Positions 36,742 through 46,491 of a DNA stretch of 64,000 nt are shown one piece after another. Position 1 is the stretch's first letter. Each line of letters begins with the position of its first letter. A model generated the notes under the pieces. The model was not told the DNA's origin and did no database searches. It saw only the letters and a program-made list of their open reading frames with translations. The stretch is from Actinomycetota bacterium (lineage in GTDB: Bacteria; Actinomycetota; Geothermincolia; Geothermincolales; RBG-13-55-18), in contig JAXHVT010000033.1 in NCBI GenBank assembly GCA_034188985.1, positions 43,190 to 107,189 on the forward strand, given 5' to 3'. Made by a program: the position numbers and the translations under genes.

Positions 36742-38118
36742 GTGGTGGATATGAATAATAAGTACGACGTAATAATAGTGGGCGCCGGACCAGCCGGTAT
36801 ATTCACAGCCCTCGAGCTGGTGAAGAGGGACGGTATCAGTGTGCTCATGCTGGAGAAGGGGCGGGATATCGAGGAGCGGCACTGTCCCGCCCGTACCTCG
36901 AGCTGCCAGAGATGCGATACTTGCGCCATAACCTGCGGCTGGGGAGGAGCGGGGGCCTACAGCGACGGCAAGCTCTCGCTTTCCCCCGAGGTCGGGGGGT
37001 GGCTGTCGGAATACGTGGGCGTAGAAGAGCTGGAGGATCTTATACAGAGGGTCGACGAGTTGTATCGGGAATTCGGGGCGCCCGACGAGATCTTCGGTGC
37101 GGAGGTCGACGTCGTGCGGGATTTGAGTCACAAAGCCGTCATGTCCGATCTTGTTCTCACCCCTTGCCCCTTTCGCCACATGGGCACGGACCGCTGCCGG
37201 GAACTGGTGGTATCACTGCGCGATTACCTGAAGGACAGGGTGGAGATACGCAACGGGACGGAGGTAGAAGCCATCCTGGTCGGAGAGGACGGCGTCAGGG
37301 GCGTGATGACCGGCGGCGAGAAGATAGAGGCGGATTACGTGGTGGTGGCTCCCGGGAGAGAGGGCGCTGACTGGCTGGCTGAGGAGATGGAGGAGCTGGG
37401 CATCTCCGTGCATAGCAACGCCGTGGATATAGGGCTGCGGGTGGAGGTAAACGCCCCGGTGATGGAACCCCTTACCCGGTATCTTTACGAGCCCAAGCTG
37501 CATTATTTCGCCCGCCATTTCGAGGATCGGGTGCGCATCTTCTGCATGAATCCCTACGGGCGGGTATGCGTAGAGCGCTTCGGCGACGTGCTTACGGTAA
37601 ACGGGCACAGTTACTCCGAGCAGCGTACCGGCAACACCAACTTCGCCCTTCTGGTGAGCACCACTTTCACCGAGCCGTTCAAGGAGCCTATCGCCTACGG
37701 CAAGTATATCGCCCGCCTCGCCAATCTCCTGGGTGAGGGCATCCTGGTACAGAGGCTGGGCGACCTGCTTTCGGGTCGGCGTTCCACGCCGCGTCGCATC
37801 TCCCGCTCCGCGGTGCAGCCCACCCTGACCGAGGCCACGCCGGGGGACCTGAGCTTCGTCATGCCTTACCGATATATCAGCGACATACTGGAGATGCTCG
37901 AGGCCCTGAACAATCTGTGTCCCGGCCTCTACCATCGCAACACCCTTCTTTACGGGGTGGAGGTGAAGTTCTATTCCTCCCGCCCCGGTCTGGACTCCGA
38001 CCTGCAGACGGAGGTGCCGGGGCTGTACGCAATCGGGGATGGTGCCGGTATAACCAGGGGCCTGGTACAGGCATCCGCCTCGGGCATCATAGTGGCACGC
38101 GCCATCCTCGGAGCGTGA
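36742..38118 (+). CDS. FAD-dependent oxidoreductase (uncharacterised FAD-dependent dehydrogenase type)
   Basis: 458 aa. KYDVIIVGAGPAGIFTALEL dinucleotide fold and a C-terminal GLYAIGDGAG. Confidence 0.75.
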   Translation: MVDMNNKYDVIIVGAGPAGIFTALELVKRDGISVLMLEKGRDIEERHCPARTSSCQRCDTCAITCGWGGAGAYSDGKLSLSPEVGGWLSEYVGVEELEDLIQRVDELYREFGAPDEIFGAEVDVVRDLSHKAVMSDLVLTPCPFRHMGTDRCRELVVSLRDYLKDRVEIRNGTEVEAILVGEDGVRGVMTGGEKIEADYVVVAPGREGADWLAEEMEELGISVHSNAVDIGLRVEVNAPVMEPLTRYLYEPKLHYFARHFEDRVRIFCMNPYGRVCVERFGDVLTVNGHSYSEQRTGNTNFALLVSTTFTEPFKEPIAYGKYIARLANLLGEGILVQRLGDLLSGRRSTPRRISRSAVQPTLTEATPGDLSFVMPYRYISDILEMLEALNNLCPGLYHRNTLLYGVEVKFYSSRPGLDSDLQTEVPGLYAIGDGAGITRGLVQASASGIIVARAILGA

Positions 38119-38140
38119 CCTATCTCATACATCAACGTTT

Positions 38141-38149
38141 TGGTATAAT
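38141..38149 (+). promoter_or_regulatory. Extended -10 promoter element upstream of purA
   Basis: TGGTATAAT (TGnTATAAT), 54 nt upstream of the purA ATG. Confidence 0.45.
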
Positions 38150-38202
38150 GTTTTGCCGTGTGGGGGCCAGGGAACAAAAAGTATGGAAAGGCGGAACAAA
38201 GT

Positions 38203-39534
38203 ATGCCCGGAATCATTGTGGTAGGAACCCAGTGGGGTGACGAGGGGAAGGGAAAGGTAACCGACCTCCTCTCAGACGATATGCATATGGTGGTGCGTTT
38301 CCAGGGCGGCAATAACGCCGGCCACACCATCGTCTACGACGGAGAGACCCTCAAGCTGCACCTCATACCCTCGGGCATACTCTATCCCCACATCATCCCC
38401 GTGGTGGGCTGCGGAGTGATTATCAACCCCGAGGTGCTCATCGAGGAGATGGACAACCTTGCCTCGATAGGGGTGGATACGGACAGGATGCGCATATCCT
38501 ACAACAGCCACCTCATACTTCCCTATCACGTAGCCCTGGACGGGCTCCTGGAGCATCACCGGGGCAGCAAGAGCCTGGGCACCACGCTGCGGGGCATAGG
38601 GCCCACCTATTCGGACAAGTCGGCCCGATCCGGCCTGCGCATGCAGGATATGCTGGACCCTGCCGCTTTCCGGGAGAAGCTTGTCGGGGCGGTGAAGGAG
38701 AAGAGCAGCCTCATCACCTGTGCATACGGCGGCGATCCCCTGGACGCGGAAGAGGTAGCCGAGAGGTACGAAGGCTATGCCCGGCGACTGCGCCCGCTGA
38801 TCGCGGATACGGGCATCCTCATAAAGGATGCCCTGCGGGAGAAAAAGAACGTGCTCTTCGAGGGAGCACAGGGTTTCATGCTGGATCTCGATCACGGCAC
38901 CTATCCCTACGTTACCTCGTCCAATACCGTGGCCGGCGCGGTCTGCTCCGGTGCCGGCGTGGGCCCCAGGGACATAGACGAGATCGTCGGCGTGACCAAG
39001 GCCTATGTCACGAGGGTGGGTTCGGGACCTTTCCCAACCGAGCAGGAAAACGAGATCGGGGACGTCATGCAGGAGGCGGGCAAGGAATTCGGAGCCACCA
39101 CCGGGCGCCGCCGCCGCTGCGGCTGGTTCGACCTGGTCATCCTGCGCTATGCCAAGCGGGTGAACACCCTGACCAGCCTGGCCATAACCAAGCTTGACGT
39201 GCTATCGGAGTTCGAGACCCTCAAGATCTGCACCGCCTACCGCAGCGGGAGCGAGGTCATCGAGGAATTTCCCCAGGTGCATGAGGTCTATGACTCCTGC
39301 GAGCCGGTCTACGAGGAGATCCCGGGATGGAAATCGGATATCTCGAGCGTAACCAGGCTGGAGGACCTGCCCATGGAGGCCCGCGAATACCTGGACTTCA
39401 TACAGGAACGGGCGGGCATACCGGTAAAGCTGGTCTCCGTGGGGCCGGAGAGACAGCAGACCATCATGCTGGATGGGGGCGGGGAACCACTGAGCCAGGG
39501 GCGCCTTCTCTTCTACGACGACCTCCCGCTGTAG
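38203..39534 (+). CDS. purA: Adenylosuccinate synthetase
   Basis: MPGIIVVGTQWGDEGKGK, GGNNAGHT, TTGRRRRCGW. Confidence 0.95.
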   Translation: MPGIIVVGTQWGDEGKGKVTDLLSDDMHMVVRFQGGNNAGHTIVYDGETLKLHLIPSGILYPHIIPVVGCGVIINPEVLIEEMDNLASIGVDTDRMRISYNSHLILPYHVALDGLLEHHRGSKSLGTTLRGIGPTYSDKSARSGLRMQDMLDPAAFREKLVGAVKEKSSLITCAYGGDPLDAEEVAERYEGYARRLRPLIADTGILIKDALREKKNVLFEGAQGFMLDLDHGTYPYVTSSNTVAGAVCSGAGVGPRDIDEIVGVTKAYVTRVGSGPFPTEQENEIGDVMQEAGKEFGATTGRRRRCGWFDLVILRYAKRVNTLTSLAITKLDVLSEFETLKICTAYRSGSEVIEEFPQVHEVYDSCEPVYEEIPGWKSDISSVTRLEDLPMEAREYLDFIQERAGIPVKLVSVGPERQQTIMLDGGGEPLSQGRLLFYDDLPL

Positions 39535-39725
39535 CAACGTGTACCCGGTCGCGTTAAGCGAAATCACGCGTACGGCCGATATTGGAAGCGCTATCCCGGG
39601 TGCTCAACATGCGGTTCAGGCGCCGAAATGATAGAATAAGCTTATTGTATAATAACCTGCCGCTTACCTATTAATGATGTTTGGGCCTCTTGGTCCCTGG
39701 TAAGGGTTGCTGAGTGGAGGTAGAG

Positions 39726-40139
39726 ATGAGCAAAAGAGAGATATACATCACGGATTTCGACCTGGAAAGGCTGAATGCTTTGATGGCCGACAAAAAGGCA
39801 TCCGGGCATGACCAGAGATACCTGCATGACCTGGAGGAGGAACTGGCCGACGCCAAGGTGGTCGGTTCCGCTGAGATCCCGCATAACGTAATCACCATGA
39901 ATTCCAAGGTCCGCCTCGAGGATCTGGAGACGGGGGAGGAAATCGTCCTGTCGCTTGCCTTTCCCCAGGACGCGGATATCGATGAGGGGAGGATATCCAT
40001 CCTGGCTCCCATCGGAACGGGGATGATCGGCTACAAGGTAGGAGATGCCATTACATGGGATGTGCCGGCGGGCGTCAGGAAGCTGAAGGTCCTTGAGATC
40101 CTATACCAGCCGGAAGCGGAGGGTGATTACCACCTCTAA
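39726..40139 (+). CDS. GreA/GreB-family protein, Rnk-like
   Basis: 137 aa. GGAGG lies 5 nt upstream of the ATG at 39726. The C-terminal GreA-type domain reads ISILAPIGTGMIGYKVGD.... Confidence 0.7.
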   Translation: MSKREIYITDFDLERLNALMADKKASGHDQRYLHDLEEELADAKVVGSAEIPHNVITMNSKVRLEDLETGEEIVLSLAFPQDADIDEGRISILAPIGTGMIGYKVGDAITWDVPAGVRKLKVLEILYQPEAEGDYHL

Positions 40140-40562
40140 GGCACGGAATCGGGTCTGGTCCTGTACCTGGCGGTCCCACGATCATTCATTACGAAATGGA
40201 TGTGAGCTATATATCTATTCCGGCCACAGCCGGGGCGGGCATAGGAGTTAAAGAACGATCGCTTAATATTCGAATAAGCAGTACTTGCAGGAAGAGGTAA
40301 TAACGAGAGCAGGAGCTGATCCGCCCCGTTTATCATGCATATGAAGGGCGTCCGCGACGGGATCATATGGGAAGAGGAGAATACTGGGCTGCTATAAGCT
40401 GGAGTTTGTTTATTCCTGCATATTTAAAGGGAAAATATCTATGCGAATACTTTTCTTGGTGGCTTCCAGGGATTCTTACTCTGTTGGCCCAAGCCGACTC
40501 GTTTGTATTCCGATGGTGCTGGATCCGGCCTCGTATTGAGGCCGGGAAAGGGGGCGGAGAAG

Positions 40563-43025
40563 TTGAGCAGGATTTTTCTGCGCCGTATCGCCATTTCAGG
40601 GTGTTTCTTTCTGGCCGTTTCGCTGTTGTCTCTATGCGCCGTGCCCGCCGGCGCGGCGACCTGGACCAAGATAGCCGATAACGGTATCGAGAATCCCGCC
40701 GATTGGCAACTCGCCGCGGGTCCCGTGTTCGAAGGCAACCTGATCATATACTGCAGTACGTGGTTGGGCCTGCACGGCCCGGGCGGCGCGGGCATGTATA
40801 CCTTCGACGGGGAGGCTTTCTCGATGGTTGGTTCGCTGGGATTTGGTAATGCGAACAACCAGAGCCTTCAGGCCACCATGGTCTATGATGACGAGCTGTA
40901 TATAGGAACCGGAAACGGCGTCGAGGGCTGCGAGCTCTATACCTGGGACGGCAGCGGCGATCCTACCAAGATCATGGACAACGGTTTCGGGGAAGGCGCC
41001 GATAATGATACCTGCATACCGCTGGCCGTCTATAAAGGCGAGCTATACGTCTCCCTCTCCAATCGTCAGACCGATGGGACGGGCGGCTTGCGCCTTTATA
41101 AATACGACGGCACTACCTGGACCGAGGTGATGGGTCCCGGCTCACCGGTGACCGGCGGTTTCGGCAACCAATACAATGAAGCATGTGCTTTCGCCGTCAT
41201 CTACGACGGCAAGCTGGTGATGCCGACGCTCAACGACACCCAGGGTTTTGAGGTCTGGACCTTTGACGGGACGAACTTCGCGTGTATAGGCCAGCCAGGC
41301 GACCCCGGCCTCTGGAGCACTAACCAGATATCCGGCATCGTCGCTCTGTCGAGCTCCGAGAATCTGGTCTATATGGGTACGGGGGACAATTCCGGTACCG
41401 AGGGCGGTGAACTGTACAACTACGGCGGCGGGGGTTGGACCAAGCTGAAGTCGGGGGGGCTGGACGGCGGCGTGAATGACTCGATGCTTCAGCCCTACAT
41501 CCTGGGCGACACACTGTATATCGGCACGCTCACCTATCCGCCACTGCCACCGATATCGCTCACCAATTCCAGCCGGGTATATAAGAGGACCGGCAGCGGT
41601 TATGAACCGATATCCCAGGTGGGCTTGGGGGACAGCGGTAACTGGGGCGTGCACGTCTTCAGTTATAAGCAGGACCTGGTGGCCACCACCTTGAACTTCG
41701 GAGGCGGCCAGGTCTGGACCACCCCCTCGGGTCCTACCACCTACTACTTCGCCGAGGGCTACACCGGGGAAGGCTTCCAGGAATACATATGTTTGGGCAA
41801 CCCGGGAACCGAGGAGGCCTCGGCCGTAATAACCTATCTCTTCCCCGACGGCACCACCTCCGACCAGCCGGTTACCATCCCGGCCCTCTCCCGCCAGACG
41901 GTGAACGTAAACGGCTTCGTGGGCTCGGACAAGCAGGTCTCGGCCCAGGTGACCTCGGAGTACGCCATCGTGGCCGAGCGCCCCATGTACTTCCTCTACG
42001 ACGGGGTCTGGTCCGGGGGCCACGACGCCGTGGGGGCCACCTCCACCTCGGATACCTGGTACTTCGCCGAGGGCTACACCGGGGCCGGCTTCTCGGAGTG
42101 GATATGCGTGCTAAACCCCTCCCCCATCCCCGCCGACCTGACCTTCTCCTTCCAGACCCAGGAGGAGGGGTTAAAGGAGGTAGGAGGCTTCTCCGTCCCC
42201 GCCCACTCCCGGGGCAGCTTCTTGGCCAACCAGCTCCTGGACTGTGGCAGCTACCAGACCTCGCTCAAGCTCACCTCCACCGTGCCGGTGGTGGCCGAGC
42301 GCCCTATGTACTTCTCCTACTACGGCACGGCCGGCTGGGGCTGGGAGGGGGGCCACTGCGTCATGGGCACCCCTGACCTCTCCAACTCCTACTACTTCGC
42401 CGAGGGCACCACACGGCCCAACTTCGAGGAGTGGCTCACCCTGCAGAACCCCAACGATTACGCCATCTCGGTAGCCGCCGTCTACCAGCCGGGCCCGGGC
42501 CAGGGCACCCCCGTCCCCGCCGCCTACGAGGTGGGCCCCAACTACCGCCGCACCCTCTACGTGCCCACGGAGGCCGGAAAGGATAAGGACGTCTCCATCC
42601 TCCTGGCATGCGACGACCAGTTCTTAGCCGAGCGCCCCATGTACTTCTCATACTCCTACGAGGGGCTCGAAGCCCAGGGGGGGCACTGCGTCATCGGGGC
42701 TTCCGCCCCGGCCACCGACTGGTTCCTGGCCGAGGGCTACACCGGGCCGGGCTACAACGAATGGATATGTCTGCAGAACCCTGGCCTCACCGGAGCCACG
42801 GTGACCATCACCTACTACACCCAGGAGGTGGGACCGCTTGAACCGGTGACCGTGCCCGTGGACCCCGGGGCCCGCAACACGGTGATGGTCAACAAATCCG
42901 CCGGGGCGGGCTACCAGCTCTCGGCCGGTATCTCCTCCGACGTGCCCATCGTGGTGGAGAGGCCCATGTACTTCAACACCGGCATCTACGTAGGCGGCCA
43001 CGACGTGATGGGCTACGCCCCCTAG
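40563..43025 (+). CDS. Secreted beta-propeller-like protein with four C-terminal tandem modules
   Basis: The signal peptide is (L)SRIFLRRIAISGCFFLAVSLLSLCAVPAGA. About 350 aa carry blade-like repeats (ELYIGTG..GCELYTWDG, GELYVS..LRLYKYDGTTW, GKLVMP..FEVWTFDG, NLVYMGTG..GELYNYGGGGW). Four AEG...ERPMYF modules follow. The start is uncertain (in-frame TTG at 40563 or TTG at 40503). Confidence 0.7.
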   Translation: MSRIFLRRIAISGCFFLAVSLLSLCAVPAGAATWTKIADNGIENPADWQLAAGPVFEGNLIIYCSTWLGLHGPGGAGMYTFDGEAFSMVGSLGFGNANNQSLQATMVYDDELYIGTGNGVEGCELYTWDGSGDPTKIMDNGFGEGADNDTCIPLAVYKGELYVSLSNRQTDGTGGLRLYKYDGTTWTEVMGPGSPVTGGFGNQYNEACAFAVIYDGKLVMPTLNDTQGFEVWTFDGTNFACIGQPGDPGLWSTNQISGIVALSSSENLVYMGTGDNSGTEGGELYNYGGGGWTKLKSGGLDGGVNDSMLQPYILGDTLYIGTLTYPPLPPISLTNSSRVYKRTGSGYEPISQVGLGDSGNWGVHVFSYKQDLVATTLNFGGGQVWTTPSGPTTYYFAEGYTGEGFQEYICLGNPGTEEASAVITYLFPDGTTSDQPVTIPALSRQTVNVNGFVGSDKQVSAQVTSEYAIVAERPMYFLYDGVWSGGHDAVGATSTSDTWYFAEGYTGAGFSEWICVLNPSPIPADLTFSFQTQEEGLKEVGGFSVPAHSRGSFLANQLLDCGSYQTSLKLTSTVPVVAERPMYFSYYGTAGWGWEGGHCVMGTPDLSNSYYFAEGTTRPNFEEWLTLQNPNDYAISVAAVYQPGPGQGTPVPAAYEVGPNYRRTLYVPTEAGKDKDVSILLACDDQFLAERPMYFSYSYEGLEAQGGHCVIGASAPATDWFLAEGYTGPGYNEWICLQNPGLTGATVTITYYTQEVGPLEPVTVPVDPGARNTVMVNKSAGAGYQLSAGISSDVPIVVERPMYFNTGIYVGGHDVMGYAP
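41739..43022 (+). repeat. Four tandem coding repeats of 102-111 aa
   Basis: Modules span 41739-42053, 42054-42386, 42387-42716 and 42717-43022. Each starts [TSD][YW][YF][FL]AEG[YT]T, contains E[YW]..L.NP, and ends AERPMYF...GGH.V.G. Confidence 0.85.
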
Positions 43026-43363
43026 GGATGGGGTCAGGCACTGACATCGGACATTTCGCAGGTCAGATGGAGTCAGCTCCAAAAAATTGGACATTCTTAC
43101 TGAGGAGGAGGTCGGGCCCGAAAAGTGCATGAGGCGTCGATAACGTCATCGCGAGCAGGCGTACTCGCCTGCGAAGCGATCTCGAGGCTCCAGGACCGGC
43201 CCAGGCACAAAGGCAGGAAACCGTGCCCCTACAAGAGAGAAGCGGTAGATTTCCGAGTCTGAAGAACTCTTCCGCGGGCTGCATAAGAACCCTTGATCCC
43301 CTTGATGTCACCCCTGTCCGTAAAATATAAGGATATATAAAAGGGCGAGTTTTGGAGGTGTCC

Positions 43364-44641
43364 ATGAGAGTTCTTGTGGTGGGAGGAGGGGGGCGGGAGC
43401 ATGCCCTCACCTGGAAGTTGGCGCAGTCGCATCTGGTGGATGAGATCTGGTGTGCTCCCGGGAACGCGGGTATAGCCCGTTTGGCCACCTGTGTGGATAT
43501 CGACGCCGGGGATATCGAGGCACTGGCCAGCCTGGCCCGGGAGAAGGGCGTAGACCTTACCGTGGTAGGGCCGGAGGCCCCACTGGTTGCCGGCATCGCG
43601 GATGAGTTCCGGGAGCGCGGGCTGCCCGTCTTCGGGCCGGACGGGGAGGCGGCGCGGATGGAGGGAAGCAAAGCCTTTGCCAAGCAGCTCATGGAGGATA
43701 GCGGGGTGCCGACGAGTCGCGCCGAGATATTCACGGATTACGACGAGGCGGTGGCCTGCATCGGATCCACACCTCCTCCCTACGTGGTCAAGGCCGATGG
43801 CCTGGCCGCCGGAAAGGGAGTGATCATCGCCCAGGACGACAGGACTGCCTACGAGGCCCTCAAGGCCTGCTTCATCGATCGCAAGTTCGGTTCCTCAGGC
43901 GAGAAGGTGCTGCTGGAGAAATTCCTGGAGGGGCAGGAGGTGTCCATCCTGACCTTCGTCGACGGCGAGGAGATACTGCCCATGACTCCGGCCCAGGATT
44001 ACAAGCGTATCGGGGACGGGGATGCCGGGCCCAATACCGGGGGCATGGGCTCATATTGCCCGGTGCCCGTGATGTCGGATGATGATTACCGCCGGGCCGT
44101 GGAGGAGATTCTCCGGCCCACGGCCAGGGCCCTGGCCGGGCGGGGCATCCATTACCGGGGCATTCTCTACGCCGGCCTGATATTGACGGAGGAGGGCCCC
44201 AAGGTGTTGGAATACAACGTACGCTTCGGCGACCCCGAGGTTCAGGCCGTGCTGCCTCGCCTGAAGAGCGACCTGATGGAGCCCATGCTGGCCGTCGTGC
44301 AGGGCAGGCTTGGAGAGGTAGAGCTCGAATGGACAGGTGACCCCTGCGTGACGGTGGTTGTCGCTTCCGGCGGTTACCCCACCGATTACCGTAAGGGATT
44401 TCCCATATCCGGCCTGGAAGAGGCGGAGAGCCTGGAGGGAGTTGCCGTGTTCCACGCCGGTACCCGCCTGGGCGAGGATGGCGAGGTACTTACCAATGGC
44501 GGCAGGGTCTTAAACGTCAGCGCCCTGGGGAAGGATTTCGCCTCCGCCCGCGAGAATGCCTACCTGGCGGCGGAGAAGATAAAATTCGAGGATGTCTATT
44601 ACAGGAAGGATATAGCCCTTCGGACCCTGGAGGTGGATTGA
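43364..44641 (+). CDS. purD: Phosphoribosylamine-glycine ligase
   Basis: MRVLVVGGGGREHAL.... GGAGG lies 5 nt upstream of the ATG at 43364. Confidence 0.95.
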   Translation: MRVLVVGGGGREHALTWKLAQSHLVDEIWCAPGNAGIARLATCVDIDAGDIEALASLAREKGVDLTVVGPEAPLVAGIADEFRERGLPVFGPDGEAARMEGSKAFAKQLMEDSGVPTSRAEIFTDYDEAVACIGSTPPPYVVKADGLAAGKGVIIAQDDRTAYEALKACFIDRKFGSSGEKVLLEKFLEGQEVSILTFVDGEEILPMTPAQDYKRIGDGDAGPNTGGMGSYCPVPVMSDDDYRRAVEEILRPTARALAGRGIHYRGILYAGLILTEEGPKVLEYNVRFGDPEVQAVLPRLKSDLMEPMLAVVQGRLGEVELEWTGDPCVTVVVASGGYPTDYRKGFPISGLEEAESLEGVAVFHAGTRLGEDGEVLTNGGRVLNVSALGKDFASARENAYLAAEKIKFEDVYYRKDIALRTLEVD

Positions 44642-45102
44642 ATATGGCCCCCCCGACAGTCGCGCTTCTCATGGGTTCCAAGTCGGATGTGAAGAAGGTG
44701 GAGCCGGCCGGGGAGATACTGAGCCGAATGGGGGTGGAGGTGATGACAGCCGTTCTATCCGCCCACCGTACCCCCGACAAGCTGAGGGAGTTCGTACTCT
44801 CGGCCCCGTCCAAAGGGGTGGAGGTCATCATCGCCGCGGCCGGAAAGGCGGCGCATCTTCCCGGCGTGGTGGCCTCGATGACTACCCTTCCGGTAATCGG
44901 CCTGCCCATATCATCCAAGGACCTGGGCGGACTGGATGCCCTGCTGTCCATGGTGCAGATGCCCCGGGGAGTTCCCGTGGCCACGGTGGCCATCGACGGA
45001 GCGGAGAACGCCGCTCTCTTGGCCTGCTCCATACTGGCCCTGAAACACGAGAAGGTGGACGAGGCCCTGAAAGCCTACCGGGAGCAGCTGGCGGGCAAAT
45101 AG
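44638..45102 (+). CDS. purE: N5-carboxyaminoimidazole ribonucleotide mutase (class I PurE signature)
   Basis: MGSKSD, SAHRTPDKL, AGKAAHLPGV, VQMPRGVPVATV. The start is TTG at 44638 (overlapping the purD stop) or ATG at 44644. Confidence 0.9.
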   Translation: MNMAPPTVALLMGSKSDVKKVEPAGEILSRMGVEVMTAVLSAHRTPDKLREFVLSAPSKGVEVIIAAAGKAAHLPGVVASMTTLPVIGLPISSKDLGGLDALLSMVQMPRGVPVATVAIDGAENAALLACSILALKHEKVDEALKAYREQLAGK

Positions 45103-45176
45103 GCACTGTTAATGCCGGCACCTTTCGGGGATAATATATATGCTGCCCGGCCCGCGGAATGGAAAAGGTTGTAAAA

Positions 45177-46478
45177 ATGATATCTCGTTACACCCTTCCC
45201 GAGATGGCCGAGGTCTGGAGCGAGAGAAACAAGCTCCAGAAGTGGCTGGACCTCGAGGTGCTTGCCGTGGAGGCCAGGGCCGAGAAAGGCCTGGTGCCCC
45301 GCGAGGCCCTTGACGAAATCAAGGAGAGGGCGGCCTTCGACCCGGATCGGGTCAAGGAGATCGAGGAGGTTACTCATCACGACGTTATAGCCTTCCTCAC
45401 CAACGTGGCGGAGAACGTGGGAGAGAGTTCCCGCTTTATCCATTATGGCATGACCTCCTCGGATATCCTGGATACTGGCCTGGCCCTGCAGATGCGGGAG
45501 GCCATGAATATCATCATGAGCGAGGCGATGTCCCTGGCCTGCGATCTGAGGGATAAGGCCCTGGAGTTCAGGGATCTGGTCATGGTGGGCAGAACCCACG
45601 GCGTCCACGCCGAGCCCATGGTCTTCGGGCAGAAGCTGGCCTTGTGGGTGTTCGAGATGGCGCGCGACCTGGAAAGGCTGCGGCGGGCGTGCGAGGTAAT
45701 AAGCGTGGGCCAGATATCGGGGGCGGTGGGTACCTACGCCCACCTCGATCCCTACGTGGAGCGCTACGTCTGCGATAAGCTGGAGCTGCGACCGGCGGAG
45801 GTGTCCACGCAGGTGCTGCAGAGAGACCGCCATGCCGAATACGTCGTGGCCCTGGCCATAACCGCTTCCAGCCTGGAGAAGTTCGCGCTAGAGATAAGGG
45901 GCTTGCAGAGATCCGACATTCTGGAGGCGGAGGAGCCCTTCGCGCCCGGCCAGAAGGGGAGCAGCGCCATGCCCCACAAGCGCAATCCCATCATCTGCGA
46001 GCGCATCTGCGGGCTTGCCCGGGTCCTCCGTGCCAACGCCGTGGCGGCCTTAGAGGATATACCCCTGTGGCACGAGAGGGATATCTCCCATTCCTCCGTG
46101 GAGAGGGTTATCCTTCCGGATTCCACCACGCTGCTTCACTATATGCTGGTGAGATTCCATGGGGTTATCGTGGGGATACAGGTATATCCCGACAACATGG
46201 GCCGCAACCTCGAGCTTACCCATGGCCTGGTATTCTCGGAGAGCGTGCTGCTGGCCCTGGTCGACCGGGGTCTTACCCGGGAGGAGGCTTATGCCCTGGT
46301 GCAGCGTGACGCCATGGAGTCCTGGAGGACGGGAGAGGATTTCCGGTCCCTTCTGGAGGGGGATGAGGAGATAAGGCGATACCTCGGATCCGAGGATCTG
46401 GATAGATGTTTCGACCTGGCGGGACACCTCCACAACCTGCGGGAGATCTTCGAGCGCCTGGAATCCCTGGAGCTGTGA
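45177..46478 (+). CDS. purB: Adenylosuccinate lyase
   Basis: MISRYTLPEMAEVWS..., GSSAMPHKRNP signature. An alternative ATG lies at 45159. Confidence 0.95.
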   Translation: MISRYTLPEMAEVWSERNKLQKWLDLEVLAVEARAEKGLVPREALDEIKERAAFDPDRVKEIEEVTHHDVIAFLTNVAENVGESSRFIHYGMTSSDILDTGLALQMREAMNIIMSEAMSLACDLRDKALEFRDLVMVGRTHGVHAEPMVFGQKLALWVFEMARDLERLRRACEVISVGQISGAVGTYAHLDPYVERYVCDKLELRPAEVSTQVLQRDRHAEYVVALAITASSLEKFALEIRGLQRSDILEAEEPFAPGQKGSSAMPHKRNPIICERICGLARVLRANAVAALEDIPLWHERDISHSSVERVILPDSTTLLHYMLVRFHGVIVGIQVYPDNMGRNLELTHGLVFSESVLLALVDRGLTREEAYALVQRDAMESWRTGEDFRSLLEGDEEIRRYLGSEDLDRCFDLAGHLHNLREIFERLESLEL

Positions 46479-46491
46479 GGAATCGGGGGAC

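Noticed and set aside
36360-36758. 132-aa plus-strand ORF overlapping the start of the FAD-dependent oxidoreductase.
   Set aside because: It lies antisense to the better-supported frameshifted small gene, and it runs into the 36742 gene in a different frame with no start signal.
43026-43363. Possible purine or ZTP riboswitch, or a PurBox, upstream of the purine operon.
   Set aside because: I could not fit the purine-riboswitch loop/junction consensus or the ZTP CCGCCUGGGC pseudoknot element. Only generic hairpins and a CCCTTGAT direct repeat are present. A covariance-model scan would be needed to be sure.
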